A stretch of DNA of 42,801 bases from Candidatus Binatia bacterium (GTDB lineage Bacteria; Desulfobacterota; Binatia; UBA9968). A model generated the notes under the pieces. It made no database searches and was not told the origin of the DNA. It saw only the letters and a program-made list of their open reading frames with translations. This document shows, piece by piece, positions 1 to 8,893 of this stretch. How positions within the stretch are numbered: the stretch's first letter is position 1; each line of letters starts with the position of its first letter. The translations under genes and the position numbers were made by a program. The stretch is taken from assembly GCA_036558765.1 (NCBI GenBank), contig DATBEY010000363.1, forward strand, positions 1 through 42,801. The letters run 5' to 3'.

Positions 1-27
1 GGGCAAAGCTCGTTGGTCGGAGGGTAA

Positions 28-471
28 ATGCGTAGTGAGGTAAAAACTGAATCCGATTCACCCGATCTTACGATTATCGTCGCCGACCGGCACCCCTTCG
101 CCCGCGCGGCACTCGCGGCTTTGTTGAGCTACGATGGTTACCGAGTTTTCCAAGCACAGAGTTTTCGAGCCACTCTGTCATGTCTCGATCAAATCCCAAA
201 TGTCGCCGTCCTCATCGCCGACCTTGACACGCCTGAATGGAGATCCATTGTACGCCATGCAGTGCAGACGGCGAACGCGCTGGTGATCGCGATGGAAGGA
301 AACCATCCTTATTCCGAGATGTACGACCTGAAAGCGCTTGGGATTCAAGTCTGTTTAAAAAAACCGATTACCTATCGTGACGTGCAGAAAGCGATCCGTC
401 AAAACTTTGGCGGGCGAGAGCTTTCAAACCCTGTGACAGACGAAAGCGCAGTGATCACCAATTTGTTCTGA
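28..471 (+). CDS. Single-domain response-regulator receiver (CheY-like), atypical
   Basis: 147 aa with a receiver-like pattern: IIVAD near the N-terminus, LIADLD as candidate phospho-acceptor region, and a conserved K-P in CLKKPI. There is no output domain. The acidic pocket has one Asp (ADRH), and the usual T/S position reads VIAMEG. Confidence 0.6.
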   Translation: MRSEVKTESDSPDLTIIVADRHPFARAALAALLSYDGYRVFQAQSFRATLSCLDQIPNVAVLIADLDTPEWRSIVRHAVQTANALVIAMEGNHPYSEMYDLKALGIQVCLKKPITYRDVQKAIRQNFGGRELSNPVTDESAVITNLF

Positions 472-501
472 TTGAATTGCACATCAGCCGGCGCACAAAC
501 G

Positions 502-1809
502 TCAGTGTTTGAAAACGCGACGGAGCCCCACCGGTGTGATGATCGTAGTAATCAGCGCCATCAGCACCACCGAGGAATAAACATTCTCGTTCAGAATCGG
601 CTCTCCTTCCAGCATTACTCGGGCCCCTATTCCGGCGAAAATCAAGCCAACCTCCCCGCGGGGAATCATTCCAATCCCGACCGCTAACCGGCGGATGCCG
701 GGTCCGATCACACCCAATCCGCAGACCAATTTCCCGATAATTGCGGTGACGATTAACGTTCCGCCCAGAGCTAGCCCGGAAGCGTCGGCCAAGCTCGACA
801 AATCCACTTGTAAGCCCATGAGCACGAAAAAAAGCGGAACCAGCAGCTCGGAGAGCGGAACAAGCAACTCACGGAGTGTCGCATCTTCGGTTCTCGTACG
901 AATGCCTGCACCATACGGATCGAGCAAAACGCCGGCTGCGAACGCTCCTATGATGTTGGCCAGGCCGATCAGTTCCGCGACATAGGACAGAGTGAAGCAG
1001 AGCGCGATCCCGATGACGACGAGCATGCCGTGTTGTCCCGTTCTGGCCGCAAGCGAAACTATTTTGTCTGAGAGGACGTGACCGATGAAGATAGTGGCTG
1101 CGAAGAAAGCCGCTGCCTTGAGCACAATGATGCCGACGGTGAATATGGAAATACCGTCCCCGCCCGCAGTAGCACTATTGATGCTGCCGAGGACAACAGC
1201 CAAAACGATTAGCCCAAGCACATCGTCCAAAATAGCGGCACCAAGGATCGTCTGCGCTTCGGGAGTGGTCGTCACGCCGAGATCTTTGAGAACACGCACG
1301 GTGATCCCGACACTGGTGGCAGTGAGAGTGGCGCCGATGAAGATATGGACGAGAGTGGGTGCAGCTGGCAGAAGCCACAGGGCTGTTCCCCAACCCAGAA
1401 AAAAAGGCACGATGACGCCAATCACAGCGACTAGAACGGCTGATGGCCCGACCCGGGCAAAAGCCCTTAGGTCCACTTCAAGACCAACATCGAACAACAG
1501 GAGAAGCACACCGATTTCAGCCAAGAACCGAAGGCTCGTATTGGATCTTACGAATTCCAGGCCCGCAGTGCCGGCGAACAGCGGATACAAGTTCGCCAAT
1601 GCGATGCCGAAGAGTAGCTCACCCAAAACCGCCGGCTGGCGCCACCGCGCCACCAAAATCCCTCCAAGCTTTGCACCAAGCACAAGAATAGCGAGGCCGA
1701 GAAGTATGGGCCCGAACTCCGTTGCCGGCCCGGTCGCCGCGGCATGGCTGGTATTGGGAAAAAACAACACCGCGAGGAAGACTATGACAGAGATCATAGT
1801 GGCCGGCAT
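502..1809 (-). CDS. Cation:proton antiporter (Na+/H+ exchanger family, CPA2/Kef-like membrane domain)
   Basis: 435 aa and very hydrophobic, with about 12 predicted TM segments. GELLFGIALANL-type N-terminal helix and overall layout are typical of Sodium/hydrogen exchanger family proteins. No C-terminal TrkA/KTN domain. Confidence 0.8.
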   Translation of the reverse strand: MPATMISVIVFLAVLFFPNTSHAAATGPATEFGPILLGLAILVLGAKLGGILVARWRQPAVLGELLFGIALANLYPLFAGTAGLEFVRSNTSLRFLAEIGVLLLLFDVGLEVDLRAFARVGPSAVLVAVIGVIVPFFLGWGTALWLLPAAPTLVHIFIGATLTATSVGITVRVLKDLGVTTTPEAQTILGAAILDDVLGLIVLAVVLGSINSATAGGDGISIFTVGIIVLKAAAFFAATIFIGHVLSDKIVSLAARTGQHGMLVVIGIALCFTLSYVAELIGLANIIGAFAAGVLLDPYGAGIRTRTEDATLRELLVPLSELLVPLFFVLMGLQVDLSSLADASGLALGGTLIVTAIIGKLVCGLGVIGPGIRRLAVGIGMIPRGEVGLIFAGIGARVMLEGEPILNENVYSSVVLMALITTIITPVGLRRVFKH

Positions 1810-2046
1810 TAGCTACCTCCGAGATTGTTGGTTGCATGTTGGATAAAACGCAATCGCTCGAGCTTGTCGCACGCGGTGCTTTAATTCAACTTTGCCGATC
1901 GAGAACAAAATTGACCGTCCGATCAGGTTTCGCACTGAACAAGCGACCGCACTCGGCCTGGCGCCCGAAAACTGCGCTTTAGTGGTAGTTTTCGACATCG
2001 GTTGTGCTAGCATGGCTCAGTTCAACCGACAAGTTGGAGGGAAAGC

Positions 2047-2316
2047 ATGGAACCAACTGAATGGGATTTTCGCAACAAGCTCTTGGCCGTTTTGAGCGCG
2101 GCCAGGCATCAAGGCATGCCTTACGTCGATGTGGAATCAGGAAATCTGTTTACCCAATTAGGCGGCGATGCAAAATCGAATCTTCGCGTGCCGAAATGTC
2201 ACGAGATCATGACCCGGATGATGCGGCCCGGTGACGCGATCCTTAAGGAAACGCAAACCGGTGACCGTGCTACCTTGCTAGTTCGATATATCCTGAACGG
2301 GAAACGTGAGAATTAA
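2047..2316 (+). CDS. Small conserved hypothetical protein (89 aa)
   Basis: Strong SD GGAGGG (2036-2041) lies 5 nt before the ATG. The translation (VESGNLFTQLGG..NLRVPKCHEIM..PGDAIL..ATLLVRY) resembles, from memory, a widespread family of small uncharacterised proteins. Function unknown. Confidence 0.5.
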   Translation: MEPTEWDFRNKLLAVLSAARHQGMPYVDVESGNLFTQLGGDAKSNLRVPKCHEIMTRMMRPGDAILKETQTGDRATLLVRYILNGKREN

Positions 2317-2387
2317 CCGCGCTCCGCAATTTTGGCGGTTCTCCCTACAAGAAATTTCTTTGTCTGGATGTAGAAATTTTTGTGAAA

Positions 2388-2464
2388 TGGTCGGGGCGAG
2401 TGGATTTGAACCACCGACTTCACGGTCCCGAACCGTGCGCTCTACCAAGCTGAGCCACGCCCCG
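2388..2464 (-). tRNA. tRNA-Pro (anticodon CGG), CCA encoded
   Basis: The reverse complement is CGGGGCGTGGCTCAGCTTGGTAGAGCGCACGGTTCGGGACCGTGAAGTCGGTGGTTCAAATCCACTCGCCCCGACCA. It folds as a cloverleaf:
- 7-bp acceptor stem
- D arm GCTC/GAGC
- anticodon stem CACGG/CCGTG with loop TTCGGGA (anticodon CGG)
- T arm with TTCAAAT loop
- discriminator A plus CCA. Confidence 0.93.
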
Positions 2465-2487
2465 ATCGGCCCAAACTAACACACCGA

Positions 2488-2518
2488 AAGCAGAAAACAA
2501 CAGCAAGCCTCGCTGTTG
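2488..2518 (-). terminator. Rho-independent terminator after rpe
   Basis: On the minus strand, a 7-bp stem CAACAGC/GCTGTTG (2498-2518) with a 7-nt loop is followed by TTTTCT. It sits 24 nt downstream of the rpe stop. Confidence 0.6.
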
Positions 2519-2541
2519 CTCGACCAACCATCGCGTCCACG

Positions 2542-3207
2542 CTAACTGCCGTTAAGCGCACGGCGCATCTGGCGGATAGTCGCGGCGTAATCCGGGGTCT
2601 TGAATATTCCGGAACCGGACACGATGACCTCGCCTCCCGCCTCGACGACTCGCGCGATATTATCGGTCTTAATACCGCCGTCGACTTCGATCAGAATTTC
2701 TGCCCCGCGTTGAGCAAAGATCTTTTTGACCTCGGCGATTTTGGGGAGAACCTCGGGAATGAACGCCTGGCCGCCGAAACCGGGAAATACCGTCATCATT
2801 AAAATCATATCGATGTGGTCAAAGCAGAGTGCAACTTTATCCAGCGGCACATCCGGATTGACAGCGATGGAACCCTTCGCGCCCAGTTCACGAATGCGCT
2901 CCAGGGTAGCGTTCGGATTCGGACAAGTGTCGGGATGAATCGATACCCAATCGGCGCCGGCTTTGATAAATTCCGGCGCGTATTTATCCGGATCGGTAAT
3001 CATCAGATGGACGTCCACCGGAATCTCGGTCACCTTGCGCACGGATTCGACGACCACCGGGCCAATGGTGATATTGGGCACGAAGTGCCCGTCCATCACA
3101 TCGACATGCAGCCAATCCGCGCCCGCTGCTTCAACGGCGGCAATTTCGTCCTTCAGTCGGCTAAAATCCGCGGAAAGTATCGAGGGCGCGATTTTTACCG
3201 ATGCCAT
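2542..3207 (-). CDS. rpe: Ribulose-phosphate 3-epimerase
   Basis: 221 aa. IAPSILSADF and HVDVMDGHFVPNITIGP motifs, plus a TIM-barrel pattern typical of Rpe. Confidence 0.95.
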   Translation of the reverse strand: MASVKIAPSILSADFSRLKDEIAAVEAAGADWLHVDVMDGHFVPNITIGPVVVESVRKVTEIPVDVHLMITDPDKYAPEFIKAGADWVSIHPDTCPNPNATLERIRELGAKGSIAVNPDVPLDKVALCFDHIDMILMMTVFPGFGGQAFIPEVLPKIAEVKKIFAQRGAEILIEVDGGIKTDNIARVVEAGGEVIVSGSGIFKTPDYAATIRQMRRALNGS

Positions 3208-4575
3208 TCAGGAGATCCTCTTCATGCGCGCGGCAAAAAACCCGTCCGTATCATCGCGGTTCGGCAGCGCCTCAAAGTAGTTTGCGTTGGTCATCTGTTG
3301 TGCCTCGTTGGGAAGATAACGCGCGGCATTTTCCAACTCAAATCCAGGGTGGCGAGCGAGAAAGGATTCCACGTTGCGCTGGTTTTCGTCCGCGGTCAGT
3401 GTGCAGGTCGCATAGACGAGAGTTCCGCCGAGCTTTAGATGCGGAACGACGCAGTCGAGAATTTTTGTCTGGAGCGCTCGAAGACGAAGGATATCCGCGG
3501 GATCCCGATGCCACTTGATTTCGGGATGCGAGCGCAGCGTGCCGAAGCCGCTGCAGGGTGCATCGACGAGAATGCGGTCGTAGGGCCCGCTAAGATCATC
3601 ATCGAGTTGTTGGCTCACGTCAGCTCGGTACGGTGTAACGCAGGTGATGCCCAAACGGTTTAGGTTTTCGCGTAGTTGGGCAAGCCCCGTCGCCGATTTG
3701 TCGAGAGCGATGATCTCGCCTCTGTTTTCCATTAGTTCGGCAATGTGTGTCGCTTTACCGCCCGGCGCGGCACAGGCGTCAAGGATCCGTTCTCCTGGAA
3801 TAGCCGAAAGCAGCGACGCGATGAGCTGAGACGATTCCCCTTGCACCTGAAACAATCCTGCAGCGAAACCGGGGATATTTTCAACAGCGCCCGGCGATTG
3901 GAGAGAAATTCCTTGCGGTGATTGTCGGGTGGGCTTTGCCGTCACCCCAGCCTCTAACAAAAGCTGTAATAACTGCTCCCTGGTACATTTGAGCGAGTTC
4001 GCGCGCAAGACCAAGGGCCGTTTTTCATTGTTGGCGCGCATTAGCGTTATGGCGGATTCAAGACCAAATTGTTCCGTCCACATTTTCACCAGCCATTCAG
4101 GATGGGAGTATTCGACAGCGAGAGACGAGCTCGACGGGTTTTCTGAGGCGATCGTGGTAACGGGTTTGCTCCGAAGAAAGTTGCGCAAAACGCCATTGAC
4201 AAAACCGGCAGCTTTTTTGCCGCCGTGGAGCTTGGCTATTTCCACAGCTTCGCTCACCGCTGCATAGTCGGGAACGCGATCGAGAAAAACCAACTGATAA
4301 TAGCTGAGGCGCAGTAAATTGCGGATGCGTGAATCCGTGCGCGAAAGTGGCCGGTGCAGATATTTGGCCAATTCGGCGTCGATTTTGCCGCGCCAGCGGA
4401 GAGTGCCATAAACGATCTCGGTGAGCAGAGCTCGGTCGCGCTCATCCATAGGACGGTTTTTGAGGGCTCGATCGAGCAAGATGTCGGCATAGGCTTTCTG
4501 TGTATCGACTTTGGCGAGAATTTCAGCCGCGCGAGCGCGAACGCTCAGGGCAGCTTTTTCAGCCAAGGTGATCAC
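3208..4575 (-). CDS. rsmB: 16S rRNA (cytosine967-C5)-methyltransferase
   Basis: 455 aa. NusB-like N-terminus, SAM site ILDACAAPGGKATH, and catalytic DAPCSGFGTLR and YATCTL motifs. Abuts rpe with no gap and overlaps fmt by 17 nt. Confidence 0.92.
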   Translation of the reverse strand: MITLAEKAALSVRARAAEILAKVDTQKAYADILLDRALKNRPMDERDRALLTEIVYGTLRWRGKIDAELAKYLHRPLSRTDSRIRNLLRLSYYQLVFLDRVPDYAAVSEAVEIAKLHGGKKAAGFVNGVLRNFLRSKPVTTIASENPSSSSLAVEYSHPEWLVKMWTEQFGLESAITLMRANNEKRPLVLRANSLKCTREQLLQLLLEAGVTAKPTRQSPQGISLQSPGAVENIPGFAAGLFQVQGESSQLIASLLSAIPGERILDACAAPGGKATHIAELMENRGEIIALDKSATGLAQLRENLNRLGITCVTPYRADVSQQLDDDLSGPYDRILVDAPCSGFGTLRSHPEIKWHRDPADILRLRALQTKILDCVVPHLKLGGTLVYATCTLTADENQRNVESFLARHPGFELENAARYLPNEAQQMTNANYFEALPNRDDTDGFFAARMKRIS

Positions 4576-5500
4576 CGGCTCTAAGCCGGGCGCCTGTTAT
4601 GAACTGGAAGCCCGGCAGTTTTTTTTTGTTTTCCAATTGAACTTCTTCGAGGCTGATGGTGCCGGCTGATGTTGCCACCCAAAATCCACCCCAATCGGCG
4701 CGGATGATTTCGCCGGGCTCGCCCGGGCGATTCTCGCTGATGACCATGGTCCGATGTACTTTAAGCAGGTGTCCGTTCAGGTAAGTGAAACTGCCCGGCC
4801 AAGGATCGAGACCGCGCACCCGCCGCTCGATCTCTGCGGCGGGTCGACGCCAATCAATGAGACCATCATCTTTTTTTAGCATCGGCGCCAATGACGCTTG
4901 GGATTCGTCTTGCTCTTTTGGAATGAGGCGGCCTTCTTTGAGCGTTCGGAGGGTTTCTGCGAGCAAGCGGCATCCGATCGGAGTGAGCTTTTCCTGAAGC
5001 GAAGCCGTGGTTTCGTCAGGGGCGAGTGGAAGCGATTCCTGGAGGTAAATCGCCCCTGCATCCATCTTCTCCACCAGTTTCATCGTTGTCACACCGCCCT
5101 GCTCTTCTCCATTGATGATCGTCCACGCGGCTGGTGCCGCGCCGCGATACTTCGGCAACAGCGAGTAATGAACATTGAGACAACCGTAGGGCGCCAGATC
5201 CAAAATGGTTTTCGGGAGAATTCGTCCGTAGGCGACCACCACGATAATCTGCGGGCACCAGAGGCGTAAGGTTTCGAGCACTTCCGGCGCCCTGATCTTT
5301 TCCGGCGCGATCACCGGGACGCCATGCGCTTCGGCCAGTTTGCGTACTGGCGACGGCGCCGGCTTTTGGCCGCGGCCGGATGGACGGTCGGGTCGAGTCA
5401 CCACGCCGACCACACGATCAGTTGATCCAAGCAACGTCTCGAGAGTTGCGGCGGCGATCTGGGGCGTGCCCATGAAAACGATCGGCCACTCGAGTGACAT
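4559..5500 (-). CDS. fmt: Methionyl-tRNA formyltransferase
   Basis: 313 aa. VFMGTP N-terminus and HYSLLPKYRGAAP formyltransferase motif. Classic def-fmt pairing. Confidence 0.95.
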   Translation of the reverse strand: MSLEWPIVFMGTPQIAAATLETLLGSTDRVVGVVTRPDRPSGRGQKPAPSPVRKLAEAHGVPVIAPEKIRAPEVLETLRLWCPQIIVVVAYGRILPKTILDLAPYGCLNVHYSLLPKYRGAAPAAWTIINGEEQGGVTTMKLVEKMDAGAIYLQESLPLAPDETTASLQEKLTPIGCRLLAETLRTLKEGRLIPKEQDESQASLAPMLKKDDGLIDWRRPAAEIERRVRGLDPWPGSFTYLNGHLLKVHRTMVISENRPGEPGEIIRADWGGFWVATSAGTISLEEVQLENKKKLPGFQFITGARLRAGDHLG

Positions 5501-5551
5501 TGACGATCCGTTAAGTTTTAGCGAATTACTCCGGCGGCGCAGGTGTGGGTT

Positions 5552-6094
5552 TCAGATCATTATCCGCGCGTCTTCTTTGGCCGGTTCGGTGCCGCTTCTC
5601 AGCATCTTCTTTCGCCTGCGGGTATAGAGATCGCGTTTGAGACGGCTGATCCGGTCGATAAATAGCTTACCATCGAGATGATCGATTTCGTGCTGCAGTG
5701 CGACGGCGAGAAGCCCTTCGGCTGCGATCTTCAGTTCTTTCTCTTGCTCATCGAGGGCGACGATTTCAACCTGAGCTGCGCGCCGCACTTCGGCGGTAAA
5801 GTCCACGACGCTCAAGCAGCCTTCTTCCCAAACGACTTCGCCTTCCGCCCGAGTGATCACGGGATTGATGAGCTTGTAAACTTGCTGGTGCGGATGTTCG
5901 TGATCCACGTCCATGACCAGGATTCGCGCGGAAGCACCGACTTGTGGCGCTGCCAGGCCGACGCCCGGCGCAGCATACATGGTATCCAACATATCCTCGA
6001 TCAACTGCGCGGTTTTTCCGGTAATATTTTTAACCGGCGCGGCAACTTTGTGCAGCAACGGATCGGGGTACTTCAAGATCTCCAAAATTGCCAT
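5552..6094 (-). CDS. def: Peptide deformylase
   Basis: 180 aa with all three PDF motifs: GVGLAAPQVG, EGCLS, QHEIDHLDG. Confidence 0.96.
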   Translation of the reverse strand: MAILEILKYPDPLLHKVAAPVKNITGKTAQLIEDMLDTMYAAPGVGLAAPQVGASARILVMDVDHEHPHQQVYKLINPVITRAEGEVVWEEGCLSVVDFTAEVRRAAQVEIVALDEQEKELKIAAEGLLAVALQHEIDHLDGKLFIDRISRLKRDLYTRRRKKMLRSGTEPAKEDARIMI

Positions 6095-6106
6095 AACTAA
6101 AAAAAT

Positions 6107-8380
6107 TCATAACATACTGTACGGATCAACATCAATGTGGAGACGCACGGCACGGGAGTTTGGCAGGATCTCCCTTGCGGCGCGCGCGAGTTTCAACACG
6201 CGGGAACTTTGCTTGCTGCGCAGAAGAAGCTGCCAGCGGTAGCGATTCCGGAGCTTTTCAATGGGTGCAGCCGCGGGCCCGAGCACTTCGACCTCGTGGT
6301 AAATTTCCGGGTTACGACTTTGAAGCGTGCGTAACTCAGTCGCCAGGAACTGGATCTTGGTTTCAACGTCCGTGAGCTTCGGCCCGTCCACGCGCACGTT
6401 AACGAGCCGGCTGAACGGCGGATAATTCAGGGCCTGGCGGAACTCGCGCTCCGCGGCAAAAAATCCGCGGTAGTCGTGGGCCATTAAAAATTGGATCGCA
6501 TAGTGATCGGGCGCATACGTTTGGACAATGACACGCCCGGGATTATCACCCCGCCCCGAACGGCCAGCAACCTGGCTCAAAAGCTGGAATGTTCGCTCCG
6601 CCGCGCGGAAGTCCGGCATATTGAGCGACAGATCCGCGAGTAAAGCGCCGACTACGGTCACGCCGAAAACATCGTGTCCCTTGGTGACCATTTGAGTGCC
6701 GACGAGTATGTCGATGTCGCCCTTTTCCCAGCGCCGAATCAATGCTTCGTGTGAACCGCGTCCGTGCGTCGTATCTCTATCCATGCGGGCTACTCTAGCG
6801 TCGGGTAGGAGATGCTTGAGAGTCTGTTCAACTCGTTCTGTGCCGCCGCCAATGCCTGAGAGCGTGTTGTCGTGGCACTCCGGGCAATTGTCTGTCAGCG
6901 GCCGACGGTAATCACAATGGTGACACGACATTCTGTTTAGCTTCAGATGTGAAGTGAGAGTGACGCTACAGTGAGGACAGCGCCAAACGTAGCCGCACGC
7001 GCGGCATTGAACAAAATTGGCGAAGCCCCGGCGGTTGAGGAAAATCAAAGTTTGATGCCCGGAATAGAAATTTTCTTTGAGAGCTCGTACCAACTCCTCG
7101 GAGAAAAGCCGCCTACCACCGAGCACTGACTCCGGCGGCAGCGTCGTCATTGCGCCGGAATTCGAAGCGTTCGATGCGCGCAGATCGATCGCTTCGATGG
7201 TTGGCAGCGGCCGCTGCTCCACTCGTTGGGTGATTTCCAAGAGCTGGTAGCGTCCTTGCCTGCAGTTTTCATAGGTCTCCAATGCGGGTGTGGCTGAGCC
7301 CAGAATCACCGGGCATCCCAACAGCTTGCCGCGAACTACCGCAACATCGCGGCCGTTATACCGAAGCGACTCCTCCTGTTTGTAGGACGAGTCGTGTTCT
7401 TCATCCACCACGATCAATCCTAGATCGGGAATCGGCGCAAACACCGCCGATCTCGCGCCGATGACAACGTCGACATTCCCCCGTGCGATATGGCGCCATT
7501 GGGCCAATCGCTCAGCAGCCGTGAGCGCGCTGTGCAGCACACCGGTCTTATTCGGGAAACGCGCCCTTACGCGATCCAACAGCTGAGGCGTGAGTGAAAT
7601 TTCCGGGATCAAAATGAGACTCCGTCGGCCCAGGGCTTTGATCCGTTCCATAGCGCGAAGGTAAACTTCGGTCTTGCCGCTACCGGTCACGCCGTGCAGC
7701 AAAAAGCTCTCGAATCCGCCGCTGTTGATGCGGTTCTCGATGGCGCGAAGCGCGTTATTCTGCTCGATCGTCAGGCGAAATTTTGCCGGTGCATCGGTTT
7801 GCGGAGCGTTTGTGGTCGTCCAACTCTGGTCTTTGCTAGTTCTTTGCGTTGGCAGATGATCCTTGATCTCAATGATGCCACGAGACTCGAACCGGGCGAG
7901 TAGGGTCTGCAGCGCTGCTTCGGGAAATGCCCGCTTCAACGCGGCACTCGGCATTTTGCGTTTATGCTGACGTAATTTTTCGAGAATCTTACGACCCAGC
8001 TCGTCTGTAACTCTTACCTCAGGCAGTTTCAGGATGACTATTCTTTGACTTTGCCGTCGTGCGTTTGGCGGCAGCATAGAGCCGATGACCTCGCCCAGCG
8101 ATGCGAGATAATACTGCGATATCCATTTAGCGAGCTTGAGCAAATGAGCGTCAAGAAATGGCTGGTCGTCAAGAAACTCGATAATGTCTTTGGTCTGATG
8201 CAATGAATTTTCGAAGACCGATTCCAGAAGAATGCCCGTCACCGTCCTTTTTTGCAGAGGCACTACCACTCTCAGGCCGGGAACAATTCGGCCCTGCAAC
8301 GATTCAGGCACGCTGTAAATGAGGGGCTCTTTGAACGGACCCGGCACGACCACTCGGGCGAATTGCCGTGGGGATTTCAT
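6107..8380 (-). CDS. priA: Primosomal protein N-prime (replication restart helicase)
   Basis: 757 aa. Walker A GVTGSGKTEVY, DEEH box (VVDEEHDSSYKQ), and the Cys-rich zinc insert CRACGY..CPHC..CHHC..CPEC. Confidence 0.95.
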   Translation of the reverse strand: MKSPRQFARVVVPGPFKEPLIYSVPESLQGRIVPGLRVVVPLQKRTVTGILLESVFENSLHQTKDIIEFLDDQPFLDAHLLKLAKWISQYYLASLGEVIGSMLPPNARRQSQRIVILKLPEVRVTDELGRKILEKLRQHKRKMPSAALKRAFPEAALQTLLARFESRGIIEIKDHLPTQRTSKDQSWTTTNAPQTDAPAKFRLTIEQNNALRAIENRINSGGFESFLLHGVTGSGKTEVYLRAMERIKALGRRSLILIPEISLTPQLLDRVRARFPNKTGVLHSALTAAERLAQWRHIARGNVDVVIGARSAVFAPIPDLGLIVVDEEHDSSYKQEESLRYNGRDVAVVRGKLLGCPVILGSATPALETYENCRQGRYQLLEITQRVEQRPLPTIEAIDLRASNASNSGAMTTLPPESVLGGRRLFSEELVRALKENFYSGHQTLIFLNRRGFANFVQCRACGYVWRCPHCSVTLTSHLKLNRMSCHHCDYRRPLTDNCPECHDNTLSGIGGGTERVEQTLKHLLPDARVARMDRDTTHGRGSHEALIRRWEKGDIDILVGTQMVTKGHDVFGVTVVGALLADLSLNMPDFRAAERTFQLLSQVAGRSGRGDNPGRVIVQTYAPDHYAIQFLMAHDYRGFFAAEREFRQALNYPPFSRLVNVRVDGPKLTDVETKIQFLATELRTLQSRNPEIYHEVEVLGPAAAPIEKLRNRYRWQLLLRSKQSSRVLKLARAAREILPNSRAVRLHIDVDPYSML

Positions 8381-8554
8381 CGCTGATTTTTACCGATGGG
8401 CTCCTGCAAAAGCAAATTATTGATTCAGCCGTCGCCGAACGCTTCTGTTCAATTCTGTCGTCCAAGGGCGCCCGGCGAGTGTTTCATGGCTTCCTCAGGC
8501 GTCGCATGTCCATGATTTGACTGAGCAAAAAGTCGAACAACCCATAAGCCTCCA

Positions 8555-8570
8555 TGGCAGTTAGTTTGCT
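8555..8570 (+). promoter_or_regulatory. Sigma54-type -24/-12 promoter element
   Basis: TGGCAG-TTAGT-TTGCT matches TGGCAC-N5-TTGCW with correct GG/GC spacing. It lies about 100 nt upstream of the XRE-like ORF that precedes pilM. Confidence 0.45.
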
Positions 8571-8673
8571 TTAACAGCGCAACGACTTAGCACAATTAGC
8601 TATAATTAAGGCAAATTTTAGTTGACCCGGAGCTGTCTGATACAAGCTCGGCCAACTTCTGCGCGTCCAGACT

Positions 8674-8892
8674 GTGGATAGGATCAGCCGGATGGATCAC
8701 GAGAACAGCGTCAAGAAGATGCGTGAAGCGAAGATGCTCAGCAAGACTGAATTAGCACGGCTGGCGGGCATTTCTCTACTCACTCTCAATCGAATTGAAG
8801 ACGGCAAAGATTGTCGCGTGGCGACCAAGCGCAAAATCCTCTTGGCTCTGGGCCTTACGCCAGAGCAAAAGCAAACTCTTTTCAAGCGTTAA
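8674..8892 (+). CDS. XRE-family helix-turn-helix protein (small)
   Basis: 72 aa (GTG start; alternative ATG at 8692). HTH signature LSKTELARLAGISLLTLNRIEDGK. The TAA stop is 1 nt before the pilM ATG. Confidence 0.7.
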   Translation: MDRISRMDHENSVKKMREAKMLSKTELARLAGISLLTLNRIEDGKDCRVATKRKILLALGLTPEQKQTLFKR

Positions 8893-8893
8893 G

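Noticed and set aside
1085-1846. 253-aa plus-strand ORF, and several 60-100-aa ORFs between 472 and 1846
   Set aside because: They are antisense or out of frame relative to the 435-aa antiporter gene. Ala/Pro/Arg/Ser-rich translations with no TM logic.
8601-8606. Consensus TATAAT box upstream of the pil operon
   Set aside because: There is no acceptable -35 at 16-18 nt (CGCAAC at 17 nt; TTAACA is 24 nt away) and no extended -10 TG. I kept only the sigma54-type element as a feature.
8795-8893. ORF-track 5' extension of pilM (start at 8795)
   Set aside because: It would overlap the XRE HTH gene by about 100 nt in another frame and add a non-PilM-like N-terminus. The ATG at 8894 gives the expected PilM N-terminus.
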